A stretch of 36,709 nucleotides of DNA, from contig NC_057717.1 of the NCBI RefSeq assembly GCF_004010195.1, positions 103,218,985-103,255,693 of the forward strand, in the 5' to 3' direction. The translations under genes were made by a program, and so were the position numbers. Below are positions 1-11,205 of the stretch, piece by piece. The notes beneath the pieces are model-generated. The model ran no database searches and was not told the DNA's origin. It was given only the letters and a program-made list of their open reading frames with translations. The stretch is from Chiloscyllium plagiosum. Taxonomy: Eukaryota. Each line of letters opens with the position of its first letter. Positions within the stretch are counted from its first letter, which is position 1.

Positions 1-143
1 CTGTTTAGAGGAGCTTGCTGTGTGCAAACTGAGTCCTGTGTTTCCCTGCACCTCAGGAGTGAATGCACCTCAGTAGTATTTTATTGTCTTGTATATTCCT
101 AAGATCAGGGAAGGTACTATATAAACGCAGGACCTATCTTCTT
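1..143 (+). mobile_element. Degenerate 3' part of a Deu-domain (SacSINE1/AmnSINE1-like) SINE
   Basis: GGAGCTTGCTGTGTGCAAA...AGGTACTATATAAACGCAGG...TCTTCTTT resembles the Deu-SINE 3' tail. Confidence 0.5.
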
Positions 144-182
144 TACTGGTTTGGATGCTGCCGTGTGTAAATCACTCAATGT

Positions 183-757
183 CATAGAATCATAGAGATC
201 TACAACACAGGAACAGGCATATTGGTCCAACTCATCCATGCCAACCAGATATCCTAAATTAATCTAATCCCATTGGCCTTGATCCCTCCAAACCTTCCTA
301 TTCGTATACCCATCCAGATGCCTTTTAAATGTTGCAATCGTACCAGCCTCCACCACTTCCGCTGGCAGCTCATTCCATACATGCACCACCCTCTGTGTGG
401 AAAAGTTGCCCCTCAGGTCCTTTTTAAATCTTTCCCCTCTCACCTTATGCCCTCTAGACTCTCCTACCCTGGGGAAAATACCTTGTCTGTTCATCCTATC
501 TATGCCCGTCATGATTTTAAAAACTTCTATAAGGTCACCCCTCAGCCTCTGACGCTCCAGGGAAACTAGCCCCAGCCTATTCATCTTCTCCTATAGCTCA
601 AATTCTCCAATCCTAGTAATACCCTTGAAAATCTTTTCTGAACCCTTTCAAGTTTCATAACATCATTCTTATAGCAGGGCAACCAGAATTGCACACAGAA
701 TTCCAAAAGCGGTCCAACCATTGTCCCGTATAGCCGCAACATGACCTCCCAACTCCA
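183..757 (-). mobile_element. CR1 LINE 3' fragment (ORF2 C-terminus and 3' tail)
   Basis: ORF 264..584(-) has the CR1 motifs LERQRLRGDLIEVFKIM and FSTQRVVHVWNELP; CATAGAATCATAGA tail at 183. Confidence 0.9.
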
Positions 758-1039
758 GAATGTGTGTACTTTATTTCATCTCTGAGTCACTGTTGACTTT
801 GATTTGTGCTTCCTAAGGTACAGTTTAAAATCTTATGGAACAGCAAGATCCCAGAGGTGATGGTTGATCTGTATTGATTTATATCGAATTATGACAACAT
901 CGGAGACATAGATACAGGCCATTCAGCCCTGTTGATCTATTCTGGTCTTCATAATCCAAACCAGCCTCCTTTCTTGCCCCATCTTACTTCAACTCTCTCC
1001 AATCAAATCATTCTCCAGTTGGTGGCATGAAATTTGAAC

Positions 1040-1355
1040 ATTGTTACTGGAGGAAGATCTTGCTGAACTTTCTTGTTTACTTATCAGGACCCACACAAGA
1101 ACGCCAAATTTTAAACCATCACAACAACTTTACGAGAGGAGACAAGGGTGCTAATTGGTTGGCAAGTGGACTCAGATTGGCCGCTGCATTGCCATGGAGA
1201 AAGCAATGGGGAGCAGTGGAAACAAACTTCCGAAGCAGTCAATGCTCTTTCCCCCCCCGTAGCATAAGCGGTTTGAGATTTGGCAATATTGTCTGTCAGT
1301 GTCCTGATGAGTGCAAGATGAAAAGATTCAGTAACATGTCTCTCTTCCCAGCAAG
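1040..1355 (+). mobile_element. Probable PLE 3' terminus with degenerate hammerhead-like core
   Basis: GTC-CTGATGA-GTGCAAGAT-GAAA-AGATTC at 1301-1329, followed by a CT-rich tract ending CCAGCA like other PLE ends here. Confidence 0.45.
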
Positions 1356-2043
1356 ATTTCTCCAATCTCTTTCTTCAGCATATTTATCCAGCTTCCCTGT
1401 TAAACACATCTACTGTATTCATCTCATTCCACATGGTAGTGAACTCTGCATGCTAACCACTCTCTGGGGCAGAGTTGCACTTGATGGGCATTGTGTTATA
1501 GTTTGGCCCATTTCCCTCTCCCTCACCCCATTTACTGAGTGTTAAAATAAACTGACATTCCCAGACCTATTTAATGTGGTGAAGTCATTGAAAACTGTAA
1601 GGACTCAAGTGGAGAGAGCAGTGACTGTACTAGCTCATCTATTATAGTGATTGATCAATACATTGATTATACTTAACAAGGCAGAACTTCAGTAACGGAA
1701 AAATCTCTCTAAAGTCCATGTTCTGGCTTTTTCTTCCCTTTCTTCTTGTCTTCAAGCCCAGTTAAAAGCAGCACTTTTGGGAAATCAGATTCCTGAGAGT
1801 TCTGAAAGAAAATTTTCCCAATGTGAAGCTTTATTCCCAGAGGTCAGGATTGAGCTGGTTGATGGACAGCTGAGTCAATTAGCCTGTTTTCTAATAACAA
1901 CCCTGACTCCTCATGGGCTCTGTTGAAAATCTGAACTTTAGTTTCAAAATCGTGTTTTAATCTTCATCTCAAATTCGATACTGTTTCTAAAGTTAGATCT
2001 AATTTCCCACTTGAATTTCTTTTTGGAGTTTTACCCTCCACAG

Positions 2044-2089
2044 CTGTCTTCCTGTCGAACACCGTAATAAATACGCTCAGAACTTGCTG
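2044..2089 (+). CDS. Candidate 46-nt internal exon of unidentified host gene
   Basis: TTTTACCCTCCACAG acceptor and CTG|GTGAGT donor; two open frames (CLPVEHRNKYAQNLL or VFLSNTVINTLRTC); unique sequence. Confidence 0.35.
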
Positions 2090-2157
2090 GTGAGTTTCAA
2101 AGCTTGATTCTTCTCTGTTTTCTGAAGGATGGAGATACAATGATAACGTCACCGAGA

Positions 2158-2286
2158 CAGTGATGGCGGGACCTATTCCCGAAACGTCGATTCTCCTGCT
2201 CCTCGGATGCTGCCTGACCTGCTGTGCTTTTCCAGTGCCACACGTTTCGACTCTGATTGCCAGCATCTGCAGTCCTCACTTTCTCC
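2158..2286 (+). mobile_element. PLE terminal repeat (pLTR) fragment with hammerhead-like motif
   Basis: GGGA-cctat-TCCC-GAAACGTC followed by CTCCTGCTCCTCGGATGCTGCCTGACCTGCTGTGCTTTTCCAG, shared with many copies in the window. Confidence 0.8.
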
Positions 2287-2569
2287 CAGTAATTCAGAGA
2301 CCCAGGTTAATGCTGTGGGGTCTGTAGTTCGAATCTCAGCGTGACAGATTTTGGAGTTCAAATGTTACTCAATAATTTTTGAATTGTAACTCCAGTCTCC
2401 GTTGTGATGGCCAAGAGCAGAGTCTCTGGTGGCATAAAGGACATTTAATCAGGCAGGAGGCGACCTGATATTGGAGGTCATGGTTGAACCAATGCGTATA
2501 GAGACCCTTAAAGTGGTCTCAATGACCATTTCACTCAGTTGACCTTTGAAGAGTTTCTTTCCTTTCATA

Positions 2570-2848
2570 GGATATGGATGTCACTACCAATCCCCAGTTG
2601 CCCATGGGACATTTGAGAGTCAACCACATCACTGTGAGTCTGGAGTCACTTGTAGGCCAGAATGTTTTCATTCCTTAGTGAGCTGGATGTATTGTTAAAC
2701 AATGATGGTTTACGTGGGTAACTTTGGACAGATTTCTATTGAATTCGAATTACACCATCTGCCATGGTGGGATTTGAACCCAGAACATTAGTGTAGTGAC
2801 TCTGGGTGTCGAGACCAGTGACATTTCCATTACATCACCACCTCCCTA
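2570..2848 (-). mobile_element. tRNA-derived SINE (family B), degenerate
   Basis: Reverse-complement similarity to 3626-3955 and 30205-30560. Confidence 0.65.
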
Positions 2849-3625
2849 AGGTAAACTTAATTGCAAGCAGGTCTATCACCAGGCAATGGGCATGGCAGTA
2901 GAAACTGAGTGGGCAACTTTAGCTCCGGGACTACTCAGTATCTGAAAAGAACACTAGAGAATGCTTATACTCAGAATCTGATTGAGGGAGTGCATTGGCA
3001 GCTACCTCATCAGCCCTCATTGCCAATGTTCCCCTGCACCCAGCGAACACCTCAGCCCCCACCCCTTTGCCCACCACCAAGCAGGCCCAAGTCCTTGGTC
3101 AGTCCGCCATTAGTGGGTGCCTGTCATTCCTGCAGTGGCCACCACCTTCCAGCGGCGCCATTGAACACATGAACTCTTGACCCATGATTGGCTGGCAGAG
3201 TTCAGCAGGCGAGACATTGCACCCTGCCCGCTCTCCCACCCTCTCCTGGGCTGGTATCAATGGGAAGACCCACAAGTGGCACCATCATTGCCTGATTGGC
3301 TCATGGGTTTGATGGACCTTCCCCCAATAAGGGGCAACACAGGAATCACTGATTGGTGGAAAAGCTCCTTTGCAAAATGTTGTCCCATTGTTGATTTCCT
3401 ACCAATCAATGTAGCCTTTTCGATGGGAACTCCACCATCCCCACCCAATCCAGCCAAATTATGAATCTATGATCATGTGGTTGAATCTTAAGAATGGGAA
3501 ACAAATGCTGGTCTTGCCAGTAAATGTTTCTTTTAAACGAAGGCCCTCAAACACTACTCTAGTATTATCATCATTGTTGAATAATTTACCATTAATAGTC
3601 TACTTTATGGGGAGGCATAATACCT

Positions 3626-3955
3626 CGTGGTATTATCGTTGGACTGTTAATCCAGAGACACAGATAATATTCTGGGGCCCTGTGTTTGAATCCTGCCATG
3701 GTTGAATTTGAATTCAATAAATACCTGGAATTAAGAATCTGATACATAACCATGAAGCAATTGTTGGGGGGAAAGACCCATCTGGCAGACTAATGCCCTT
3801 TAGGGAAGGAAACTGCCATCCTTACCTGGTCTGGCCTATGTGTGACTCCAGACTCACAGCAAAATGGCTGACTCTTAACTGCCCTCTGGGCAATTAGAGA
3901 TGGGCAATAAATGCTGGGACTGGCCAGTAACCCCCTCATCCTGTGAATGAATTAA
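3626..3955 (+). mobile_element. tRNA-derived SINE (family B)
   Basis: tRNA-like head, central CCTTACCTGGTCTGGCCTA-GTGACTCCAGA block, tail GGGCAATTAGAGATGGGCAATAAATGCTGG. Confidence 0.85.
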
Positions 3956-4276
3956 ATTGAAGGAACCTCAACTTCAAAGCCCTGCTTGGTTTGTTTGCTA
4001 CTGCGGCCATTTAATTTCTGATTAATTTGTTTATCCTTCAGAATACTCTTTATTGTCACATGCACCTGAATGAGTGCAGTGAAAGGTTTGTTATGTCACC
4101 CCTCAGCACCACTTTAGCTACCAGGTACAGATATTTTAAATGTTGTCACGGACCTGAAATGGTAAAGAAAATAGATTAACACGGGAATTAGCCAACACAC
4201 TGTCAGAGCAGGTATTCAACCTATCAGCATGAATAACTCTGCATTAGACAGGCACTAGCGTAATGAACTATCATTC

Positions 4277-4585
4277 CAGTGGCTCAGTGGTTAGCACTGC
4301 TGCCTTACAGCACCAGGGAACTGGGTTTGATTCCAGCCTCAGGTGACTGTCTGTGTGGAGTTTGCACATTCTCCCCGTGTCTGTGTGGGTTTGCTCCAGT
4401 TTCCTCCCATACTCACAGAGATGTGTAGGTTAGGTGGATTGGCCATGCTAAATTGCCCATAGTGATAGGTGCATTAGTCAGGGGTAAATGTAGGGGAATG
4501 GGTCTCGGTGGGCTTCTCTTCAGAGGGTTGGTGTGGACTTGTTGGGCCGAAGAGCCTGTTTCCATACTGTAGGGAATCTAATCTA
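4277..4585 (+). mobile_element. HE1-type V-SINE
   Basis: A/B boxes TGGCTCAGTGG...GGTTTGATTCC, V-domain TGTGTGGAGTTTGCACATTCTCCCCGTGTCTG, CR1-like tail with (ATCTA)n. Confidence 0.9.
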
Positions 4586-4855
4586 AGTCCAGAGTTTAAA
4601 ATTCCAGAATGAGAATAAAAGTGTCTTTTATCCCAGTTCAACTACAAGGAGTATTTTTGTGTTTCCTGAAGCTAGGATCGGTCTTCATTTTCAGTCAGTT
4701 CCTGTTGCCTGTTCTTAGACCCTCTGGAGCAGCTATCAGGGACCTCCAATCTTGAACCCATGCAGTGAAAGTGAGCATCAAATCCTTCACAGTGTAGGCA
4801 CAAGGGTTAAGGTTATATACAGCCAACATTGTAGACACAAAACAGATATTGCTGG

Positions 4856-5564
4856 TGTTATGACACGGGGTGAACCCTCCTGCTTAATTTAAAACCAGCA
4901 ACACAGAAAAGATTTATCCCATGCAGTAATCAGTAAAATTTCAAGTGGCCAAGAACTATTTAAAGTAAAAATTAACAAAATTATTTCTTCAAATATAACA
5001 GAGAATAATTAACTAGCAACTATTTACAACTCCTTCCTCTAACCTATCTTTTACTTTCCCTTCTATAGTACTAGTCTGATAAAACTCTCAATTAAGGTTT
5101 ACAAAACAACACTCTTTATCTCAAAATCAGGCAGCTTTTGGTTCTTCTATTTGGATCTTCCTATGTCTTCTTTTCTCCTTCTTAGGGATTTCTGCGTCAC
5201 AGGTTACTGATTGAAAAAGTTCCTTTTAAGAGAGCTATTTTTCAAGCCGTCTGCTTACATGCTGGACTTGGCAGTTCTCCCATCAACTGTTCAATTTTCC
5301 CCTGTCGTATACCTCCAAAACATCGGATTGTGTCATTGGCTTTTAAGATTGTCAATACACTAGATTCAAACTGGTTTGAAGTTTGATATTTTTGGGGTAT
5401 ATTTTAAACTGATTGGCTGAATTCAAATTTATATTTATCTCCAGGCAAGAGCTAATTGAGTTGTTCGACTAACTGTTATGTTGTTACCTTGAGAACACAA
5501 GTTTCTGTGTCTGGTAGTTCTGCTGCTTTTAACTCTCTTAAAGTATGCACACATCTTCATAACA
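4856..5564. mobile_element. Solo LTR (709 bp, Gypsy-like) inserted in a PLE terminal repeat
   Basis: Termini TGTTATGA...TCATAACA (8-bp inverted repeat); 4-bp TSD CTGG at 4852-4855 and 5565-5568; flanks rejoin as TTGCTGGAAAAGCTCAGC. Confidence 0.85.
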
Positions 5565-6497
5565 CTGGAAAAGCTCAGCAGGTCTGGCAGCATCTGTGGA
5601 GAGAAATCAGAGTTAATGTTTAAGGCCCAGTTACCCTTCCTCAGAATGTTGTAGGTACTTTTTTTGCTGGTCGGTACTCAAGCAGAGAAAACCTAACCAC
5701 TTCGACTGGGACAACACATCCATCCTAGGACAAGCCAAACAGAGACATGCACGAGAATTCCTAGAGGCATGGCATTCCAACCGGAACTCTATCAACAAAC
5801 ACATCGAGTTGATCCCATCTACCACCCCATGAGAAAAAGAACAGGAAATGACGTCACCACAGGAAATAACATGTCTGCTTACATGCTGGACTTGGCAGTT
5901 CTCCCCTCAACTGTTCAATTTTCCCCGGTCGTATACCTCCAAAACATCGGATTGTGTCATTGGCTTTTAAGATTGTCAATACACTAGATTCAAACTGGTT
6001 TGAAGTTTGATATTTTTGGGGTATATTTTAAACTGATTGGCTGAATTCAAATTTATTTTTATCTCCAGGCAATGAGCTAATTGAGTTGTTCGACCAACTG
6101 TTACGTTGTTACCTTGAGAACACAAGTTTCTGTGTCTGGTTGTTCTGCTGCTTTTAACTCTCTTAAAGTATGCACACATCTTCATAACACTGGAAAAGCT
6201 CAGCAGGTCTGGCAGCATCTGTGGAGAGAAATCAGAGTTAATGTTTAAGGCCCAGTTACCCTTCCTCAGAATGTTGTAGGTACTTTTTTTGCTGGTCGGT
6301 ACTCAAGCAGAGAAAACCTAACCACTTCGACTGGGACAACACATCCATCCTAGGACAAGCCAAACAGAGACATGCACGAGAATTCCTAGAGGCATGGCAT
6401 TCCAACCGGAACTCTATCAACAAACACATCGAGTTGATCCCATCTACCACCCCATGAGAAAAAGAACAGGAAATGACGTCACCACAGGAAATAACAT
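5249..6497. repeat. Direct tandem duplication (5249-5872 and 5873-6497)
   Basis: Two 624/625-bp copies with about 7 differences counted by eye. Confidence 0.95.
5565..5647 (-). mobile_element. PLE terminal repeat fragment (second copy at 6190-6272)
   Basis: Minus strand CTGAGGA-A-GGGTAACTGGGCC-TTAAACATT...GATGCTGCCAGACCTGCTGAGCTTTTCCAG. Confidence 0.7.
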
Positions 6498-6700
6498 CAC
6501 CACAGGAAATGGCATCACCAACCCAAAGAAACCCAAACATATAAATAGAAAGCAGGAATTTTCAGCATTGCTTCGCCTGAGGCCCACTGAAGATTTACCT
6601 AGTAGGGTAACAGAATGTCTGGAAATGACCCTTGCAGCTCAGTGAGCAAACCTACATCCAAAACCTCAACCTGAGCTACAAGTCTTCTCAAAATTTGCTA
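6320..6700 (+). mobile_element. PLE endonuclease C-terminus and 3' terminus
   Basis: Translates HFDWDNTSILGQAKQRHAREFLEAWHSNRNSINKHIE (PLE GIY-YIG C-terminus-like); hammerhead-like CCA-CTGAAGA...GTC-TGG near 6584-6622; same family as 31830-31990. Confidence 0.75.
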
Positions 6701-7595
6701 TAACCTAATCTTCAGCTGTTGATTCTGAAAGCTTCTGAAAAAATAAATTATGGATAAGTAAACATGTTCCTCAGACTTGATTCCTACTTAATGGTAGTTA
6801 GTTCATTATGCTAGTATCTGTCTAATGCAGAGTTATTCATGCTGATCTGTAGAATACCTGCCTTGATAGTGTGTTGGCTGAGTCCCAGTTGCTCACATTC
6901 CTATAGCTGGGCCAAGTTAGTGGTTCAATTTTCACTCATGGCACAACACACCAAAGTGGACACTCCTAATGGTCTGGGTAGGGGCGGTTACAAGGTTAAC
7001 TGCATGCGAACCTGTAGCACAGTCTTGAAGTGGGCCACAGTAGCTTTCATAGTACTCTGGCCAAAAACGGATCGTACGGTCAGAGCTGTATCACGACAGG
7101 GGTGGGGGGGGTATTTGTGGGATCTTGCTGTGTACAAATCGGAGGACCTTCCCCCCTCCCACCTCACCCCTGAATCAGAGGAAGGTGCTGCATTAGTGTA
7201 AATTTTCTGTGTCTTTTTAGCTGTTTCAGGTTGCTTGATATTGCTCTGGGCAACACTCTGGGATTTGTTTCACTCTGCTAACAGATATATAAACACAAAT
7301 TGTTTTTTTTATTGCTGCTTAGATGTTGCACTAATCATATAAAGGGGATTAAGACAAATGTTTCTGTTGATTGTCATCTGTGATATTGTGGGTCTCTTGA
7401 GATAGTGGGTTGGTTAGGCAGCTGTGTAGGGATGGAATGACTGTGGTATCTTTTATTACAACGCTGCGAATCAGTCTAAAAGTGATGTGTTAACTGAGAA
7501 AAAAGTCTGGTTCCAATCCTCAACATGTACTGTTTGTACTGCATTTTGTTCAATTATCCACTTAATGTTAAATATGTTTCTCTGTTGGTTTATAG

Positions 7596-7628
7596 TGGAG
7601 CCCTTGGGCTTATAACTGATTCACTGAG
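7596..7628 (+). CDS. Candidate 33-nt symmetric exon
   Basis: TTTCTCTGTTGGTTTATAG acceptor and GAG|GTGAGG donor; only the phase 2-2 frame is open (GALGLITDSL). Confidence 0.25.
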
Positions 7629-7819
7629 GTGAGGAGGTCACCAGGGAGCATAGGATGTATTTCTATGAGACTGAAGAATAGGCACAGGAATAGGTCACTC
7701 AGCCCCTCAAGCACCTTCTGCCATTTACTTTGAACATGGCCCCTGCGTAGCTCAAGTCCTTTTACCTGCCTTGGTTCTCTGTCATTGTACACCCTCACCA
7801 AACAGAAACCTACCCAACA

Positions 7820-8368
7820 GAAAGTAGGACTCCAGATGCTGGAGAGTCAAGAGTCGAAAAGTGTGGCGCTGGCAAAAAAACACAGCATGTCAGCCAGCAT
7901 CCAAGGAGCAGGAGAGTCGACATTTCGGGGCAAGAGTCCTTCATCAGGAATGTGGGGAGGCACGGGGCCAGTGGGGTGGGTGATGGTAGGGAAAAGAGAG
8001 ATGAGAGATAAATAGGAAGGGTCAGGGTGGGGATGGGGGTGAGGGTGAGGTAGCTGGGATTTGATAGGTAGATGAAAGTAGGGGGTAAGAGCGGAGGATG
8101 GGGCGGATAGGTGAGAAGGAGGATGGACACGTAGGACAGTTCAAGAGGGCAGTGCCAAGTTGGAGGGTTGGGCCTGGGATAAGGTGGGAGGGGGGGAAAT
8201 AAGGAAACTAAATTGATCCTGTGTGGTTGAATGGTCCCAAGGTGGAAGATGAGGTGGTCTTCAGGTGCCTTAGATTTGGTACCTCCTTGGCGGAATGGGA
8301 GGGGGAGTTGAAGTGGTCAGCCACAGGGTAGTGGGGTTGTTTGGTGTGTGAATCCCAGAGATGTTCTC
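7820..8368 (-). mobile_element. PLE 3' fragment (endonuclease C-terminus, C/T-rich 3' region, hammerhead-like motif)
   Basis: Minus strand translates EHLWDSHTKQPHYPVADHFNSPSHSAK; CTGATGA-AGGACTCTTGCCCC-GAAATGTC at ~7919-7947. Confidence 0.8.
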
Positions 8369-8419
8369 ACAACATTAATCTGGATTTTGGACAGATCAAG
8401 ACACATTCTTTTTTAAAAT

Positions 8420-8975
8420 TCATTCATGGGACATGAATATTATTGGTTGGGCCAATATTTATTGTCCATCCCTTGAGAAGGTGGGGGTGAGCTTCCTTCT
8501 TGAACCACTGCAGTCCACCTGCTGCAGATAGACCCACAATGCTATGAAGGAGGGAGTCGCAGGATTTTGACCCAGTAACACTGAAGGAATGGCGATATAT
8601 TTCCAAGTCAGGATGGTGAGTGGCTTGGAGAGGAACATGCAAGTGGTGGTGTTCCCATGTATCTGCTGCTCTTGTCCTTCTCAATGAAAGTGGTTGTGGG
8701 TTTGGAAGGTGCATTCTATAGAGCTTTAGTGAACTTCTGCAGTAGATCTTATAAGTAATACACACCACTGCTACTGAGCGGCAGTGATGGAACGAGTGGA
8801 TGTTTGAGGATGTGGCGCAAATCAACCCGACTGCTTTGTCCTGGACGGTGTCAAGCTTCTTGAGTGTTGTTGGAGCTGCATCCATCCTGGCAAGTGGGAA
8901 ACATTCTATCACAATCCTAACTTGTGCCTTGCAGCTGGTGGACAGGCTTTGGGCAGTCAGGAGGTGAGTAACTTA
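8420..8975 (-). mobile_element. CR1-group LINE (second family) 3' fragment
   Basis: ORF 8424..8912(-) AAPTTLKKLDTVQDKA...NIHSFHHCRSVAVVC..YK...YRHSFSV; tail shared with SINE family B. Confidence 0.8.
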
Positions 8976-9026
8976 CTGAAAATTCACAAAGGACTTAAGA
9001 TCTCCCTGTGGACAGTCTTCTAGAGT

Positions 9027-9570
9027 TATAGAATCATACAGCATGGAAACAGACCCTTCAGTCCAGCCAGTGTATCCCAACCATGTTGCCAAACTAAACT
9101 AGTCCCACTTGCCTGTGCTTGGCCCATATCCCTCCAAACCTCTCTATTCATGAACTTATCCAAATGTCTTTTAGATGTTATAACTGTACCTGCATCCATC
9201 TCTTTCACTGGCAGTTCATTCCACACACTAACCATTCTCTGTACAAAAAGGTTAGCCATCATATCCCCTTATTAAATCTTTCTCTTTTCACCTAAAAAAA
9301 CACACCTTTTCAATTTGAACTCCCCCAATCTAGGGAAAAGAGTCTTGTCATTCACCTTATCTGTGCCCCTCATGATTTTATAAACCTCTATAAGGTCACC
9401 CCTCAGCCTCTTACACTCTAGTGAAAAAACTCCCAGCCTTTCCCCCCATCTATTTTTATAACTCAAGCCTTCCAATTCCGGCAATGTCCTGGTAAATCTA
9501 TCCTGAACCCTCTCTAGTTTGATAATGTCCTTCCTATAGCAGGGTGACCAGATTGCACACACAGTACTCA
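9027..9570 (-). mobile_element. CR1 LINE 3' fragment
   Basis: WSPCYRKDIIKLERVQ...KRLRGDLIEVYKIM and SVWNELP across frameshifted ORFs; CATAGAAT-type tail. Confidence 0.9.
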
Positions 9571-10059
9571 TGAACATGTATTTGTGAAAATAATGTTTGC
9601 AGTTGAATGTTTTAATAAATTATACATGTGTTTTCCCAGTTCAGTCATTTATGTTCTGTGGGCTGTTCTTTGTTTGCCTTTGGGATCCACTTTGTGCATA
9701 TTATTTCCTCCAAACTATTTGCCGAGACAAGGCTGTCAATGTGGAGCAGTTGCATCCTACAGAGTTTGCATTTAACTAAAGTCTGCATAATATAGGTAAC
9801 CACAGAGTCACAGCCAGGAGGAAAGTGTACCGCTCTCTATTGCTTTGCAGTCATTATCGCAGTGCTGAGGAAAATTCAATGCACACGTCGTTTGAATTTA
9901 TAGTTTTAATAACTTTTACTACAATTCCTTTAATGAGGTGCTCTGAGCCTTTCCTCATTTCTTCGCTGCTACTGCATGGATATGTCTGTACTAACTTTTT
10001 GCAACACAAATGGCATCTTGTAGGGTAGGTAGTTAGTCACATGATACTTGCCTTTCTTA

Positions 10060-10255
10060 GATTAAGCTGAGAACTCAAGAGCTGGAAGATTTTGCTGGGA
10101 TTGTATAAAACAGCAGTGAGGACACAGTTCTTAACACTGCAGTACAGGAGAGATGTGATTACAGTACAGAGGACACAGAACAGAGTGCTACCTGGACTGG
10201 AGAACTTTAGTTACTGTGAAAGATTAGGGATTATTTTGTCTGGAGGCGACTGAAG
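10060..10255 (+). mobile_element. Highly degenerate CR1 fragment
   Basis: TTGTATAAAACA-CAGTGAG and GGACTGGAGAACTTTAGTTA resemble CR1 ORF2 copies elsewhere in the window. Confidence 0.45.
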
Positions 10256-10289
10256 TTGATGTATCACAATTAATGCTGGGCCAAGATTC

Positions 10290-10465
10290 ACTAGAGTTGG
10301 GAGTGTGGTGCTGGAAAAGCACAGCAGGTCAGGCAGCATCCGAGGAGCAGGAGAATTGACATTTTGGGCATAAGCCCTTCATCCTGCTCCTCAGATGCTG
10401 CCTGACCTGCTGTGCTTTTCCAGCACCACACCCTTTACTCTGATCTGCAGTCCTCACTTTCTCCA
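10290..10465. mobile_element. Foldback (inverted) PLE terminal-repeat insertion
   Basis: 50-bp arms 10303-10352 and 10382-10431 with 1 mismatch; the loop holds a hammerhead remnant. Confidence 0.85.
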
Positions 10466-10534
10466 AGATTCAGTAGAACCTGTTCCCCTTGATGGAAAGG
10501 TCCATAAACAGAGCCCTTGTAGCAGTTGTAATAT

Positions 10535-10850
10535 CATTGGATTGGTAGTCCAGAGGTTCAGACTAATGCTCTGAACAGGTTCAGATTCCAACACGGCATT
10601 TAACCAATGGGGAATCAATTGATCAATCACCGTAATTGTAACTGTGACACATCTCATCAAGTGATTGTCCTGTAATGTCCATTTAGGGAAGAAAATTCAC
10701 CATCTTTGCCTGGTCTGGCCTACATGTGACTTCAGACCCACAGCAATGTGGTCACTTCTGAGATGGGCCAGCAAGCTATTCCATTCAAGGGCAATAAACG
10801 TTGGTTTTGGCAACAGTTGCCACATCCCATGGAAGAATAAAGAAAAACAA
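10535..10850 (+). mobile_element. SINE family B, degenerate
   Basis: CCTGGTCTGGCCTACATGTGACTTCAGACCCACAGCAATGTGG and CCACATCCCATGGAAGAATAA tail. Confidence 0.75.
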
Positions 10851-11024
10851 TAGATGAGAGAGGAATGCATGTTACCCGGCGGGTGAAATTAGAGAGGCAT
10901 GTATTATGGGTTTGGAGTGCTTGAACACATTCTATTATCTCAGAATAAATTAAATAAGCATTTCACTCATTGGATCTGCCCTGTTCAGTGTTGTGTTTAG
11001 TCAATTTATTTTATATATTTAAAT

Positions 11025-11205
11025 CCATCTGGTTCACTAATGCCCTTTAAGGAAGGAAACTGCCACCCATTTCTGGTCTGGCCTACGTGTGACTCCAGAC
11101 CCACAGAAATGTGGTTAACTCTTAAACTGCTCTCTGGGCAACTAGGGATGGACAATAAATGCTGCCCTAGCCAGTGACATCCTCATCTCATGAATGGATA
11201 AAAGA
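11025..11205 (+). mobile_element. SINE family B, 3' half
   Basis: CCATCTGGTTCACTAATGCCCTTTAAGGAAGG...GGGCAACTAGGGATGGACAATAAATGCTG. Confidence 0.85.

Noticed and set aside
1027..1545. 172-aa ORF
   Set aside because: No recognisable domain; runs across repeat-derived segments
2909..3464. Cluster of overlapping short ORFs in a GC-richer patch
   Set aside because: Low-complexity Pro-rich translations without splice signals; may be an old repeat, but no family could be supported
4277..4350. tRNA genes at SINE heads
   Set aside because: A/B boxes continue directly into SINE bodies; no complete cloverleaf or terminator is evident
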